Below, in pieces: positions 8,901-18,399 of a stretch of 64,000 nucleotides of DNA. The notes under the pieces are model-generated. The model did no database searches. It was not told where the DNA came from and saw only the letters and a program-made list of their open reading frames with translations. The DNA lies in NCBI GenBank assembly GCA_050251675.1, contig JBFWMJ010000003.1, positions 5,128-69,127 on the forward strand. Direction: 5' to 3'. The translations under genes and the position numbers were made by a program. This DNA comes from Sphingobium sp. (lineage in GTDB: Bacteria; Pseudomonadota; Alphaproteobacteria; Sphingomonadales; Sphingomonadaceae). Each line of letters opens with the position of its first letter. Positions within the stretch are counted from its first letter, which is position 1.

Positions 8901-10218
8901 ACTGCAATCCGCCCCGCTGGGCGGCGGCATCCGCTATGCGGGTCCGGCCGACGTGCTATTCTCCTTTGCTGGCCTTGCCGACCAGCAATTGAACGGACCG
9001 ATCGCGGTCGCGGCGGATTTCAGCGGGCAATTGTCCGCGCCCCGCCTCAACGGCCTGGTCCGCGCCAATGCGCTGACCTATGAGAATGAGACCTTCGGCA
9101 CGCGCGTGACCCAGATGCGGCTGGACGGACGATTCACCAACGACCGGCTGGAGATTCGCGACTTTTCCGGCCGCGCCGGTGACGGCACGGTCCAGGCGTC
9201 GGGCACGGTGGGGCTGGCGGCCGACAGCGGGTTCCCGATGAACGTCGCCGTCACGCTGGACCGCGCCCGGCTGGCCCGCAGCGAGCAGATCACCAGCGTC
9301 GTCAGCGGGACGATCGCCATCACCAACAGCGCCCAGGCCGGCGGGCTGATCAAGGGCGATCTGCGGCTGCCCGAAACGCGCTATCGCATTGCCTATGAAT
9401 ATGGGGCCGATATCCGCGAATTGCAGGGTGTCCGGCGCAAGGGCGACGGCACCGACCTGCTCGACGCGCGGCAGGCGGCGCGTCAGGCAGCGGCGGTGAA
9501 ACCCGCCAACTGGAAACTCGATATCCGCGTTCGCGCCGATAATGAGATTTACGTGACCGGCATGGGGCTGGATTCCGAATGGGAAACCGACATGCGCGTC
9601 ACCGGCACCACCGCGGCGCCGCGCGTCACCGGGAAAATCGAGGTCATCCGCGGTCGTTACAGCTTCTCGGGCAAGCAGTTCGAGCTGGAGCAGGGCGTCA
9701 TCACCTTCAACGGAGAGATGATGAACCCGACGCTGGCGCTGCGCGCCGAAACGCGCATCGACGCGGTGACGGCAGGCATCGCCGTAGGCGGAACGGCGCA
9801 ACGCCCCGACATCAGCTTCGTATCCACACCCACTTTGCCACAGGATGAAATCCTCTCTCGCATCCTGTTCGGGTCCAACGTCGCCAACCTTTCGGCGACG
9901 CAGGCGATCCAGCTTGGCATCGCCCTCAACGGGCTGCGTGGCGGCAGCGGCGGGCTCAATCCGATGGGCAAGCTGCAAGGCGCGTCCGGCGTCGACCGGA
10001 TCGGCATCGTGAGCGGCGATGAAGCGACCGGGCGCGGCACGTCGCTGGCGGTCGGACAGCATATTTCCAACAATATCTATGTCGAAGTGCTGACCGATTC
10101 CCGCGGCTTCACCGCCACTCAGCTGGAAATCGCGCTGTCCAAGACGCTGAGCCTGCTGTCGAAGACCGGCACCAATGCCGGATCGTCGGCGAACCTGCGC
10201 TATTCCAAGGATTATTGA
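5980..10218 (+). CDS. tamB: translocation and assembly module protein TamB (DUF490)
   Basis: 1412 aa with a single N-terminal TM helix (IAIGLAGLVVALVVLVAGLLLFL), a long beta-rich body and a DUF490-type C-terminus. TGATG overlap with tamA. Confidence 0.85.
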   Translation: MAEDTPPPAFRDHDAGTAPKAANPREKRALWQKIAIGLAGLVVALVVLVAGLLLFLDTQPGKRFLIGQIAALKLESGMGIEVGRIEGSIYSDMVIHDLILRDPKGAFAVSPRVHVVWKPFRYIHNHLSVALLESPLIVLARSPQFNETPTDPDAPILPDLDIDVDRLKITRFLVAKPVIGQKREIAIDGVAHIADGRAQLSANALVDSGDRLEANLDAVPAQNRLAMSGTLTAPKGGVIAAMTGLTDGVTATLDGKGTWQAWNGRIVATSPKGELANIALAARDGNFTAKGPVRPGLVFAGTVDRLTGPQLDVDLFAGLDERRATLKGTLRSPALAADAQGMVDLGKSRFGALRINAALLTPGAIMEKVKGRDVRASVILDGPMATPFIDYDLSAAYLAFDATGIENLKASGRAVIDTDRIRIPVNATATRVTGLNAAAGGLLENLRVNGDFAYAGGKLISDNLKIKSNRIDATAIVLADLDNALYRGALKGRVNDYKIDGVGIVNLNTDIELVPGPKGGFGLSGKFGVRTARWENASVRDFLGGNAVMAGRIGMTPEGTFTLAGLKGAAPNFTVHSGSGSYDTNGRITFDTAATSKQYGPLTLSVRGTMDQPQAVLRAARPNVGVQLTDVVAKLNGEAGGYRLEANGGSPYGPFFANVLIRTAQGPLTIDVTRARFAGVDMQGRIQQTQAGPFAGQLAMNGSGIVGTVRLAAVGAAQGVDVNATASNAKLPGDADIVIGRAIVTASMVLTDQPRIVADVQMANAAYGAYVVRKARGKVDYQGGRGRVQLVADGSSGVPFSVAVNAALRPDLYAVAVQGRASNVDFRLAKPAIIRVGKDGYALEPATLVLPQGRVDLAGRFGDRTALQARFKDFDLAIVNMASPGLGIGGRATGTVDFAQSGSAFPTATARLAINDFRRSSLTAVSSPVSMSVEGKLSGAGGDLRGLIRRGNATLGRFVATLSPPGSGASWTEQLQSAPLGGGIRYAGPADVLFSFAGLADQQLNGPIAVAADFSGQLSAPRLNGLVRANALTYENETFGTRVTQMRLDGRFTNDRLEIRDFSGRAGDGTVQASGTVGLAADSGFPMNVAVTLDRARLARSEQITSVVSGTIAITNSAQAGGLIKGDLRLPETRYRIAYEYGADIRELQGVRRKGDGTDLLDARQAARQAAAVKPANWKLDIRVRADNEIYVTGMGLDSEWETDMRVTGTTAAPRVTGKIEVIRGRYSFSGKQFELEQGVITFNGEMMNPTLALRAETRIDAVTAGIAVGGTAQRPDISFVSTPTLPQDEILSRILFGSNVANLSATQAIQLGIALNGLRGGSGGLNPMGKLQGASGVDRIGIVSGDEATGRGTSLAVGQHISNNIYVEVLTDSRGFTATQLEIALSKTLSLLSKTGTNAGSSANLRYSKDY

Positions 10219-10246
10219 GCGGACGGGATCAGGCGATGGGCCCGGC

Positions 10247-13200
10247 CTAATGAAAATCCCGCGATCTGGGCAAAATGCGCACATCGCGCGGGTGAGCGGA
10301 TGCCCGCGGCGGAAAGGACGAGGCCGGGCCTTTATCGGCGCGACTGTCCGGCAAATCGCCGTCCGACAGGCGGGCGAGGTCCGCCGTTCGGTCATGGACG
10401 CGGCTGGCCATCAGGTGGACGACCCCTTCCCTGCTGCGCTGTATCTCGCCTTCCACCAGCATCAGGCGGCTGGCTATGACCACGCGCCGCTGCGTTTCAA
10501 ACAGCCGCGCCCACAGCAGGATGTTGGCGATGCCGCTTTCATCCTCGATCGTGATGAAGACGGCATTGCCCTTGCCGGGGCGCTGGCGCACCAGAACCGC
10601 ACCGGCGACACGGACACGCGCGCCGTTTCGGGCGGCCCCCGCCTCCGCACAGCTGAGCACGCCTTCGGCCGCGAAGAAAGGACGCAGAAACTGCATCGGA
10701 TGCCCTTTCAGCGACAAGCGCGTCATTTCATAATCAGCCACGACCTGCTCAGCCAGCGGCATGGCGGGCAGCATGGCATCTGCCTCCTCCCCCAGTTCGC
10801 GCGCCGCCTCACCCCGCAGGCGCGCCGCGGCGAACAGCGGCAGTTCGCCTGACGGCATGCGCCGCGCTTCCCACAGGGCAGCCCGCCTGTCCTGCCCCAG
10901 CGAGCGGCAGGCATCGGCATCGGCGAGCAGCCGCAGCGCGCGGGCGGGCAATGCGGCCCGCCGCGCCAGATCCTCCATGCTGGTGAAGGGCGCGGCCGCC
11001 CCTTCCCCGGTCCGCGCCGCCACCATCTGCGCCGCCCACGCCTCCCGAAAACCCTCGATCCGCCGCAGACCCAGCCGCAGGGCGAGCGCCTGCCCCTCGC
11101 CTTCCCCCTTATCCGACCGGCGCGGGCGATCCATCGGTTCCAACAGGGTGTCCCAATGGCTGGCATTCACATCGACGGGGCGCACCGTCACGCCATGGTC
11201 GCGCGCGTCCCGGACGATCTGGGCCGGAGCATAGAAGCCCATGGGCTGGGCATTGAGCAACGCGCAGGCAAAGATGGCGGGCTGGTGGCATTTGATCCAG
11301 GCGGACACATAGACCAGCCGGGCAAAGGACAAGGCATGGCTTTCGGGGAAACCATAGCTGCCGAACCCTTCGATCTGCCGATAACAGCGCTCCGCGAAAT
11401 CGGGCGCATATCCGCGCCCTACCATGCCGCCGATCATCTTGTCCCTGAACCTGTCCATGCCGCCGACCTGGCGAAAGGTCGCCATCGACCGCCGCAACTG
11501 GTTCGCCTCCGCATCGGTGAACCCGGCTGCGACGATGGCGAGCTTCATCGCCTGCTCCTGGAACAGCGGCACACCGCACGTCCTGCCAAGCAGATGGCGC
11601 AGTTCATCGGGGTCGTGAGGCAAAGCGGGCCTGGGGAAATCCACCGCTTCCTCGCCACAGCGGCGACGCAGATAGGGATGCACCATGTCCCCTTCTATCG
11701 GCCCCGGCCGCACGATCGCGACCTGGATCGTCAGATCATAGAGCGTGCGCGGCTTGAGGCGCGGCAGCATATTGATCTGCGCGCGGCTTTCCACCTGGAA
11801 CACGCCGATACTGTCGCCCCGGCACAGCATGTCATAGACGGCCGGATCGTCGGAACTGAGGTCGATCTCCAGGTCGTGATCGCCCAGGCCATGCCGCCGC
11901 ATCAAGTCATAAGCCTTGCGAATGCAGGTCAGCATGCCCAGCGCCAGCACATCGACCTTCATCAGTTTCAGCGCATCGATATCGTCCTTGTCCCATTCGA
12001 TGAAGCTGCGCCCCTCCATCGCGCCATGATGGATGGGCACGGTTTCATCCAACCGATCCTGCGTCAGCACGAACCCGCCGACATGCTGTGACAGGTGACG
12101 GGGGAAGGGCTGGCGGAGCAGCTGGTCCACCAGCGCGCGCAGCCGGGCGATTTCGGGATTGGCAAGGTCAAAACCCGCCTCCACGATCCGCTTTTCGGGC
12201 AGACCGCCGCCATGGCTGCCCCAGATGGTGTCGGCCATGCGGGCCGCGACATCCGCCGAAAGGCCCAGCGCCTTCGCCACCTCCCGCACGGCGCTGCGCG
12301 GCCGGTAATGGATTACCGTCGCGGCGATACCGGCACGATGGCGTCCATAGCGGCGATAGATATACTGCATCACCTCCTCGCGCCGTTCATGCTCGAAATC
12401 GACGTCGATATCGGGTGGCTCTGCCCGGTCGGCGGAAATGAACCGGGAAAAAAGCAGGTCGTTGTCTATCGGGTCGACCGATGTCACGCCCAGCAGGAAA
12501 CAGACCGCCGAATTCGCCGCCGACCCGCGTCCCTGGCACAATATCGGCGGGTCCTGTGACCGTGCGAAGCGGACGACATCATGAACGGTCAGGAAATAAT
12601 AGGCATAGTCATGCTGCGCGATGAAACGGAGTTCCTCCGTCACCGTGTGGCGCAGCTTGTCGGGCAACTCTGCGCCATGCCGCCGGTGGGCCGCTTCCCA
12701 GGTCAGATGTTCGAGCCACGCCTGCGGTTCCCACCCTGCGGGCACCGGTTCATGCGGATATTCGTAGGTCAACTGGCCAAGGTCGAAAGTGATCATCGAC
12801 AACAGGCGAATCGTCTGCGCCAGGGCGTCGGCATGAGGGGCGTGCATCCGCGCCATTTCGGCGGACGCCTTCAAATGCCTTTCGCCATGGGCGGCAAGCC
12901 GCGTGCCGGCCTTGTCAATCGTCGTCCCTTCGCGGATGCAGGTCAGGATATCATGCAACGGTCGGTCGTCCGCCCCCGCATACAGCGCATCGTTGGTGGC
13001 AAGCAACGGCACGCCCTGCGCCGCCGCCACTTCGGCCCAGTGGGCCATGCGCCGCCTGTCCGCCCCGCCATAGCCATGGGCGATGCCCAGCCAGACCCGT
13101 CCCGGCGCCGCGATATGCAGGCGGTGCAGCGTGTCGGCGACAGTGCGCGGCGGCGCAGGCGGAACCAGACGCAGGCCCGCCCGCGCGGCGGGGCCGCGCT

Positions 13201-13783
13201 CCGCCTCATCTTCCTCCTCAAAAGCATAGGTGACAGGGGCGGCATGCGCCCTCTCCTCCCCCGCGGTGGAAACGGGCAGGACGATCAGCAGCACATCGTC
13301 CAGATATGCGAGCAGGTCGGCGAAATAGAGGATGCAATCCCCCTTCACCGCCCGCAAATTGCCACGCGTCAACAGCCGCGTCAGCCGTCCCCAGCCCCGC
13401 CGCGTCGCGGGATAGGCCACAATATCGGGCGTCCCGTCGGCAAAGACCAGCCGCGCGCCCGTCACCAGCCGCATATCGGGCAGGCCGCCCGCCTTTTCCG
13501 CGTCGGTCAGTACGGCGTCGGTTCCATCACGCGCCTGCTTGTCGCGCAGCATGGCGTCCTGCGCGGCGTCGATGATCCGGCGGCGCGCGGCCCAGGCGCG
13601 CACCACCCCTGCCACACTGTTCCGGTCGGCGATGCCCAGCCCCTTCAGCCCCAGCAACATCGCGCGCCGCACCATATCCTCCGGCGCCGACGCGCCGCGC
13701 AGGAAGGAGAAACTGGTCGCGGCGACCAGTTCCGCAAAGGCCGGTTCAACGCCATGCCGCGCATCGTCATGCGGCGCCGTCAT
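10247..13783 (-). CDS. dnaE2: error-prone DNA polymerase III alpha homologue DnaE2 (ImuC)
   Basis: PHP and Pol III alpha motifs (FAELVAATSFSFLRGAS, GRGSAANSAVCFLLGVTSVDP, PDIDVDFEH). The start was trimmed to MTAPHDD, which overlaps the imuB stop (ATGA). Confidence 0.9.
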   Translation of the reverse strand: MTAPHDDARHGVEPAFAELVAATSFSFLRGASAPEDMVRRAMLLGLKGLGIADRNSVAGVVRAWAARRRIIDAAQDAMLRDKQARDGTDAVLTDAEKAGGLPDMRLVTGARLVFADGTPDIVAYPATRRGWGRLTRLLTRGNLRAVKGDCILYFADLLAYLDDVLLIVLPVSTAGEERAHAAPVTYAFEEEDEAERGPAARAGLRLVPPAPPRTVADTLHRLHIAAPGRVWLGIAHGYGGADRRRMAHWAEVAAAQGVPLLATNDALYAGADDRPLHDILTCIREGTTIDKAGTRLAAHGERHLKASAEMARMHAPHADALAQTIRLLSMITFDLGQLTYEYPHEPVPAGWEPQAWLEHLTWEAAHRRHGAELPDKLRHTVTEELRFIAQHDYAYYFLTVHDVVRFARSQDPPILCQGRGSAANSAVCFLLGVTSVDPIDNDLLFSRFISADRAEPPDIDVDFEHERREEVMQYIYRRYGRHRAGIAATVIHYRPRSAVREVAKALGLSADVAARMADTIWGSHGGGLPEKRIVEAGFDLANPEIARLRALVDQLLRQPFPRHLSQHVGGFVLTQDRLDETVPIHHGAMEGRSFIEWDKDDIDALKLMKVDVLALGMLTCIRKAYDLMRRHGLGDHDLEIDLSSDDPAVYDMLCRGDSIGVFQVESRAQINMLPRLKPRTLYDLTIQVAIVRPGPIEGDMVHPYLRRRCGEEAVDFPRPALPHDPDELRHLLGRTCGVPLFQEQAMKLAIVAAGFTDAEANQLRRSMATFRQVGGMDRFRDKMIGGMVGRGYAPDFAERCYRQIEGFGSYGFPESHALSFARLVYVSAWIKCHQPAIFACALLNAQPMGFYAPAQIVRDARDHGVTVRPVDVNASHWDTLLEPMDRPRRSDKGEGEGQALALRLGLRRIEGFREAWAAQMVAARTGEGAAAPFTSMEDLARRAALPARALRLLADADACRSLGQDRRAALWEARRMPSGELPLFAAARLRGEAARELGEEADAMLPAMPLAEQVVADYEMTRLSLKGHPMQFLRPFFAAEGVLSCAEAGAARNGARVRVAGAVLVRQRPGKGNAVFITIEDESGIANILLWARLFETQRRVVIASRLMLVEGEIQRSREGVVHLMASRVHDRTADLARLSDGDLPDSRADKGPASSFPPRASAHPRDVRILPRSRDFH

Positions 13784-15351
13784 GCGAACAGGCCATGTAT
13801 ATACCAGCCGGGGCGCGCCGTTTCGGTGCCATACAGGCCATGGCGAAATATCCAATACCGGCGGCCACGGGCGTCTTCGACCCGGTAATAATCGCGGGTG
13901 CGGCCGACGCTGTCCCCCGCGACCGCGCCGTCCTTTGCCCGCCACCATTCCGGCGCGATCCGTTCCGGGCCTTCATAGCGGACGACGTCATGCACGGCGC
14001 GCCGCCAGCGGAAACGATGCGGCGGGCCGTCCGGCACCTGGGCGACCGCCTCGATCGGCTGGGGCGGATCGAACAGATGCAGCGGCCGCAGCGGGGGGTC
14101 GTCCGTCGGCCGCTCCGGCCAGGGCGCCGGCGCGCGGTGCTCCACGGCGGGCAGCGCCAGTTGCGCCTGTTCGGGCATATGGGAATCGCGCGGCATCAGC
14201 CGCTGGATGCGCGCGCGCCCCGCACGGATGGACAGACGATCGACCAGCGCCGCGATATCCGCCGCATCGTCCCGTCCCCGCGCTTCGCCGCCCTCCAACG
14301 CCAGTTGCGTCGGCGCGAGCGGATCGACGCAGGGCACCGTCAGGCGCAACATGTCGAAACCGAAACCGGGGTCTAACGGATCGGACAGGCCGTCGATCCG
14401 TTCCCGCATCAGGCGCATGACCGCCGGTGCGTCCCGCACCGGCAGGCCGGTTTCCACCCGCAGCGGAAAGGCAAGGCCATCGGTGCGGAAGAACATCGCC
14501 TCGAACCGGCGACCGCCCTGCCCCCGTTCGGCCAGCCGCTCACCGGCCTCGACCGCCATCTCCTCCAGCACGGTCAGCGCATGGACGGTGCTGGCCATCG
14601 GTTCGGGAAAACGGCGTTCGATCCGCAGGACGGGGCGCGGGCGACGGGGGGACAGCGGCCGTTGGCCAAGGCCCAGCACAGCGTGGAGCGCCGCTATCGC
14701 CTCCTCGCCAAAGCGGGCGGCCAGCACGGCGGCGGGGCGAACGGCAAGGTCGCCGATACAGCGCAGGCCCGCACGGCGCAGCGCCGCCGTCCGGTCTTCG
14801 TCCAGCCGCAACGCCTCCACCGGCAAACGGCGCGCGGCGCTGTCCTCATCCGGCGCGGACACCGGGAAACGGGCGAGCGCATGCGCCGCCTCCGCCGTGC
14901 CGGCCAATGCCTGGCGGACATGCAGGCCGTGGTGCTCCAGCCGGTCGGCGGCGGCGCGCGCCAACGCCGCTTCCCCATCCCACAGATGCGCGCAGCCGGT
15001 GATGTCGAGCATCAGGCCGAAAGGCGCGTCGGGCATCGCGATCGGGGTATAGCGGGCGCATCCGTCGCACAGCCGTTCCAGCCAGTCCTGATCGGCATGA
15101 GGATCGGCGTCGAAGACGAGGAGGCCGGGTTCGCGCGCGCGCGCATCGGCCAGCGTCATGCCCGGCGCCAAACCGATGGCGACCGCCTGCGGGTCGAGCG
15201 CGGCCAGACGCATCGCGCCGCGCACGCTCTCCACCGTCGCGGCAGGGCCGCCCCCGGCCATGCCCCCCGCGCCGATCCGCCGCAGCCGATCGAACGGCAG
15301 GAACGGAAACCACAGCGCTAGATAGCGCCGTCCTTCCACGGGCGCGCTCAT
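13780..15351 (-). CDS. imuB: Y-family polymerase-like protein ImuB
   Basis: MSAPVEGRRYLALWFPFLPFDRLRR... is a typical ImuB N-terminus. It sits between imuA and dnaE2 with ATGA overlaps at both ends. Confidence 0.85.
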   Translation of the reverse strand: MSAPVEGRRYLALWFPFLPFDRLRRIGAGGMAGGGPAATVESVRGAMRLAALDPQAVAIGLAPGMTLADARAREPGLLVFDADPHADQDWLERLCDGCARYTPIAMPDAPFGLMLDITGCAHLWDGEAALARAAADRLEHHGLHVRQALAGTAEAAHALARFPVSAPDEDSAARRLPVEALRLDEDRTAALRRAGLRCIGDLAVRPAAVLAARFGEEAIAALHAVLGLGQRPLSPRRPRPVLRIERRFPEPMASTVHALTVLEEMAVEAGERLAERGQGGRRFEAMFFRTDGLAFPLRVETGLPVRDAPAVMRLMRERIDGLSDPLDPGFGFDMLRLTVPCVDPLAPTQLALEGGEARGRDDAADIAALVDRLSIRAGRARIQRLMPRDSHMPEQAQLALPAVEHRAPAPWPERPTDDPPLRPLHLFDPPQPIEAVAQVPDGPPHRFRWRRAVHDVVRYEGPERIAPEWWRAKDGAVAGDSVGRTRDYYRVEDARGRRYWIFRHGLYGTETARPGWYIHGLFA

Positions 15352-16115
15352 GGCCGAACCGCGTGCAGGCCGGACGCCGGATGGCCCGCATCGTCCCGCG
15401 CGTCGCGATCCTCCTCGAAACATCCTGCCGCATTGTTCCAGACAAGCCGCCAGCACAGCCCATCCGGGCCCGCCCGCTGTTTGAGCAGGCTCAGGTCGAA
15501 CGCGCTCATCCCCGGCGCATTGCCCGGCAGCGGGCGGGACGGCGCCGATCCGATGCGCCAGCGGGTATCGGCGGCGCTGGGGACCGGATCAGCCCCGATA
15601 CGCAGCAACAAGGCGGTGACGCCGGACCGCTCGGCCGCCAGCGCCAGCCGCCGACTCGCGGTCAGATCAAGCAACGGCGCCCGCCCTCTGACCTCGATCA
15701 GCAGCGCGCCCAGCGCCGGACAGCGCAGCGCGTCGACAGCCCCGCGCAACAGCATCCTGTCATCCGCCATCAGGGCGATCAGCAACCGATCCGGGTCGAA
15801 CCCCAGCGCCGCCAGTCCCGGCCCATAGGCATGACCGCCGGCCCGGTCGGCCGCCACCGTCCGCAACCAGAGCAGCGGCGCCGCTCCGCCCAGCAGCCGA
15901 GACAGGAGCAGAGCGAAACCCGCGGCCGCGCCATCTTCCTCCGTCACGCCGAACAGTTCATGCATCCGTCCCCGCGCCAGCCCCCCACCGAGTGCCCGGT
16001 CGATCCCCCCATGCCCGATCGCCGCGCGCACGGCCGCGTTGTCCTGCGCCGGAACGCCGTCCAGCGACGCGATATGCCGACGCAGGGCGGCAAGAGTGTG
16101 GACCGACTCGATCAT
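15348..16115 (-). CDS. imuA: RecA/SulA-like SOS mutagenesis protein ImuA
   Basis: 255 aa. It is the first gene of the imuA-imuB-dnaE2 cassette, and a LexA box lies immediately upstream. Confidence 0.8.
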   Translation of the reverse strand: MIESVHTLAALRRHIASLDGVPAQDNAAVRAAIGHGGIDRALGGGLARGRMHELFGVTEEDGAAAGFALLLSRLLGGAAPLLWLRTVAADRAGGHAYGPGLAALGFDPDRLLIALMADDRMLLRGAVDALRCPALGALLIEVRGRAPLLDLTASRRLALAAERSGVTALLLRIGADPVPSAADTRWRIGSAPSRPLPGNAPGMSAFDLSLLKQRAGPDGLCWRLVWNNAAGCFEEDRDARDDAGHPASGLHAVRP

Positions 16116-16118
16116 TGT

Positions 16119-16133
16119 GTTCCCTATATGTTC
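16119..16133 (-). promoter_or_regulatory. alphaproteobacterial LexA (SOS) box
   Basis: The plus strand reads GTTC-CCTATAT-GTTC (GAAC-N7-GAAC on the gene strand). It lies 3 nt upstream of the imuA ATG. Confidence 0.7.
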
Positions 16134-16225
16134 TATTCTCCTTTCCGGGGCGACGAGTCAATCCGGGACACGATCGGACAACCAATGGGCGGACGTGAAG
16201 GCTGCGCCGCCATAACGGCCCGCCA

Positions 16226-17005
16226 TCAGGCTGGCGTCACCCGGATCGATTGCGCATTCATCGTCGCTGTGCCGAAGATGGTCATGAAGGCGATATCGGT
16301 TGCATCGCGCCCGACCGCGATGCGAACCATGGTGTCGACCGGCGCCAGCCCGGTGGCGTCGACCAGATGCCAGGCATCGTCCAGCCACACCTCCACCACT
16401 GCGTGAAAATCGGGCGGCACAAGTCCGGGCGCATAAACCGAAACCAGCCGCGCGGGAATATCATGTGACCGGATCAGCGCGGCGGTGAGATGAGCATAAT
16501 CGCGGCACACGCCCTGCCGCGCAAGAAAGGTGTCGGCAGCGCTGGTCGCTCCGCTGGAACAGCCGGGCACATAGCGCAGATTGTCATGCACCCAGGCGAC
16601 CAGCGCCCGGACCAGCATGCCGCCCTCCAACCCCTGGAAATGGCCGGATACGAAGGAAACGAAACGGTCCGCCTCGCAATAGCGACTGGGCCAGATGAAG
16701 GGCAGCACATCTTCCGGCAGACTGGGCAACGGACTTTTGCCGAGCGTATCGAGACCGGCGAGGCTGCGGGTCACATCCACTATCGCGCGGTAACGGGTCA
16801 GCATGCGGCCAGTGCCCGAACGGACCCAGCTCCGCCGCCCGACCCCGCTGCCACCGGACAGGCTGACGAGCGGTCCGGCATTATCTATGGCGAGCAACTG
16901 GTCGACGACCCGCTGATCGGGCAGGCAGGCCGCCTCGATCGCCAGCAGCACGTCCGTCGGTTCGGCGAAATCATAATCGAGCATGGTTTCGATGGCGATG
17001 CGCAC
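16226..17005 (-). CDS. transglutaminase-like cysteine protease family protein
   Basis: 259 aa with the transglutaminase-core signature QGVCRDYAHLTAALIRSHDIPARLVSVY...DFHAVVEVWLDDAWHLVD (Cys-His-Asp context). Confidence 0.75.
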   Translation of the reverse strand: MRIAIETMLDYDFAEPTDVLLAIEAACLPDQRVVDQLLAIDNAGPLVSLSGGSGVGRRSWVRSGTGRMLTRYRAIVDVTRSLAGLDTLGKSPLPSLPEDVLPFIWPSRYCEADRFVSFVSGHFQGLEGGMLVRALVAWVHDNLRYVPGCSSGATSAADTFLARQGVCRDYAHLTAALIRSHDIPARLVSVYAPGLVPPDFHAVVEVWLDDAWHLVDATGLAPVDTMVRIAVGRDATDIAFMTIFGTATMNAQSIRVTPA

Positions 17006-17228
17006 AGGCTGTTCCCTTCAGGGATATGAACCGTTTCGTGCGAAAAACCGGCCAGGAATGCGGAACGTCGCCCGACAGCTCCACCTTCCACATATCCCTG
17101 CTCGGGCGCCACTCCAAAGCATAAGGCCGACCACCCGGCGCCAAAGGAGCTTTCCTTTTGTGATGCGACAGCAGGCGATCATCGCGCCGGCACAGTCCGG
17201 CCGATCCGGCCGGCCTGTCCGTCAGCGC

Positions 17229-18302
17229 TTACTCGCCGTCATCTGCCGCATCGGGTCCGGCCATCATCCCTTCGGCGACCTCCTCCGTCTTGCCCCGGAT
17301 CGCCCTTTCCAGCTTCTCGGCCATTTCGGGATGTTCTTTCAGGAAATTTTTGGCGTTCTCCCGCCCCTGGCCGATCCGAACCGAATCATAGGAGAACCAT
17401 GCGCCCGATTTCTCGACGATGCCGGCCTTTACCCCAAGGTCGAGCATCTCACCGATCTTCGACACGCCTTCGCCATACATGATGTCGAATTCGACCTGCT
17501 TAAAGGGCGGGGCGACCTTGTTCTTTACCACCTTCACCCGGGTCGTGTTGCCGACAATATTGTCGCGGTCCTTGATCTGGCCGATGCGGCGTATGTCCAG
17601 GCGGACCGATGCGTAGAATTTGAGAGCATTGCCGCCGGTCGTGGTCTCGGGATTGCCGTACATGACCCCGATCTTCATGCGCACCTGGTTGATGAAGATC
17701 ACCATGCATTTGGACCGCGAGATGGAGCCGGTCAGCTTGCGCAGCGCCTGGCTCATCAGACGAGCCTGCAAGCCCACATGGCTATCGCCCATCTCGCCTT
17801 CGATTTCCGCGCGCGGCACCAACGCCGCGACCGAGTCGATCACCAATATGTCGATCGCGTTGGAACGCACCAGCGTATCGACGATTTCCAGAGCCTGTTC
17901 ACCCGTATCGGGCTGCGACACGATCAGTTCGTCGATGTCGACACCCAGCTTCCTGGCATAGCCGGGATCGAGCGCATGTTCCGCATCGACAAAAGCGGCG
18001 GTGCCGCCGGCTTTCTGCGCCTCGGCGATGGCATGCAGCGCCAGCGTGGTCTTGCCCGAGCTTTCCGGGCCGTAAATTTCAATGATCCGACCCTTGGGCA
18101 AACCGCCGATGCCGAGCGCGATGTCGAGACCCAGCGAGCCTGTGGAAATGGCTTCGATCTCGATCTTCTCGCGGCTGCCCAGCTTCATCGCGCTGCCCTT
18201 GCCGAACGCCCGGTCGATCTGGGCGAGCGCCGCATCCAATGCCTTTTGTCTGTCCATGGTCCCCGTCTTCTTAGGTTGGATGAGTGTGAGCATTGCGGTC
18301 AT
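17229..18302 (-). CDS. recA: recombinase RecA
   Basis: [27 protein letters not shown], Walker [13 protein letters not shown], and the remainder match RecA unambiguously. The start is uncertain: ATGs at 18302, 18293 and 18257 are all compatible. The ORF-track start at 18365 is unlikely. Confidence 0.93.
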   Translation of the reverse strand: MTAMLTLIQPKKTGTMDRQKALDAALAQIDRAFGKGSAMKLGSREKIEIEAISTGSLGLDIALGIGGLPKGRIIEIYGPESSGKTTLALHAIAEAQKAGGTAAFVDAEHALDPGYARKLGVDIDELIVSQPDTGEQALEIVDTLVRSNAIDILVIDSVAALVPRAEIEGEMGDSHVGLQARLMSQALRKLTGSISRSKCMVIFINQVRMKIGVMYGNPETTTGGNALKFYASVRLDIRRIGQIKDRDNIVGNTTRVKVVKNKVAPPFKQVEFDIMYGEGVSKIGEMLDLGVKAGIVEKSGAWFSYDSVRIGQGRENAKNFLKEHPEMAEKLERAIRGKTEEVAEGMMAGPDAADDGE

Positions 18303-18376
18303 GGGCCTGTTCCCTGTCAAGCGCAGAGCGCCGGATCCTCCCGGCGCCCGACTCATGTATCGCATTTGTTCTAACG

Positions 18377-18391
18377 GAACAAGAGGGGAAC
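18377..18391 (-). promoter_or_regulatory. alphaproteobacterial LexA (SOS) box upstream of recA
   Basis: The plus strand reads GAAC-AAGAGGG-GAAC (GTTC-N7-GTTC on the recA strand). It lies 75-135 bp upstream of the candidate recA starts. A further GTTC sits at 18368-18371. Confidence 0.7.
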
Positions 18392-18399
18392 AGATTTTC

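Noticed and set aside
17006-17228. A GC-rich hairpin (CCGGCCGGATCGGCCGG) downstream of recA, considered as an intrinsic terminator. A similar GCGGCC/GGCCGC stem follows the DUF1134 gene at 36742-36759.
   Set aside because: The stems are short and lack a following T-run, so I cannot support a terminator call from sequence alone.
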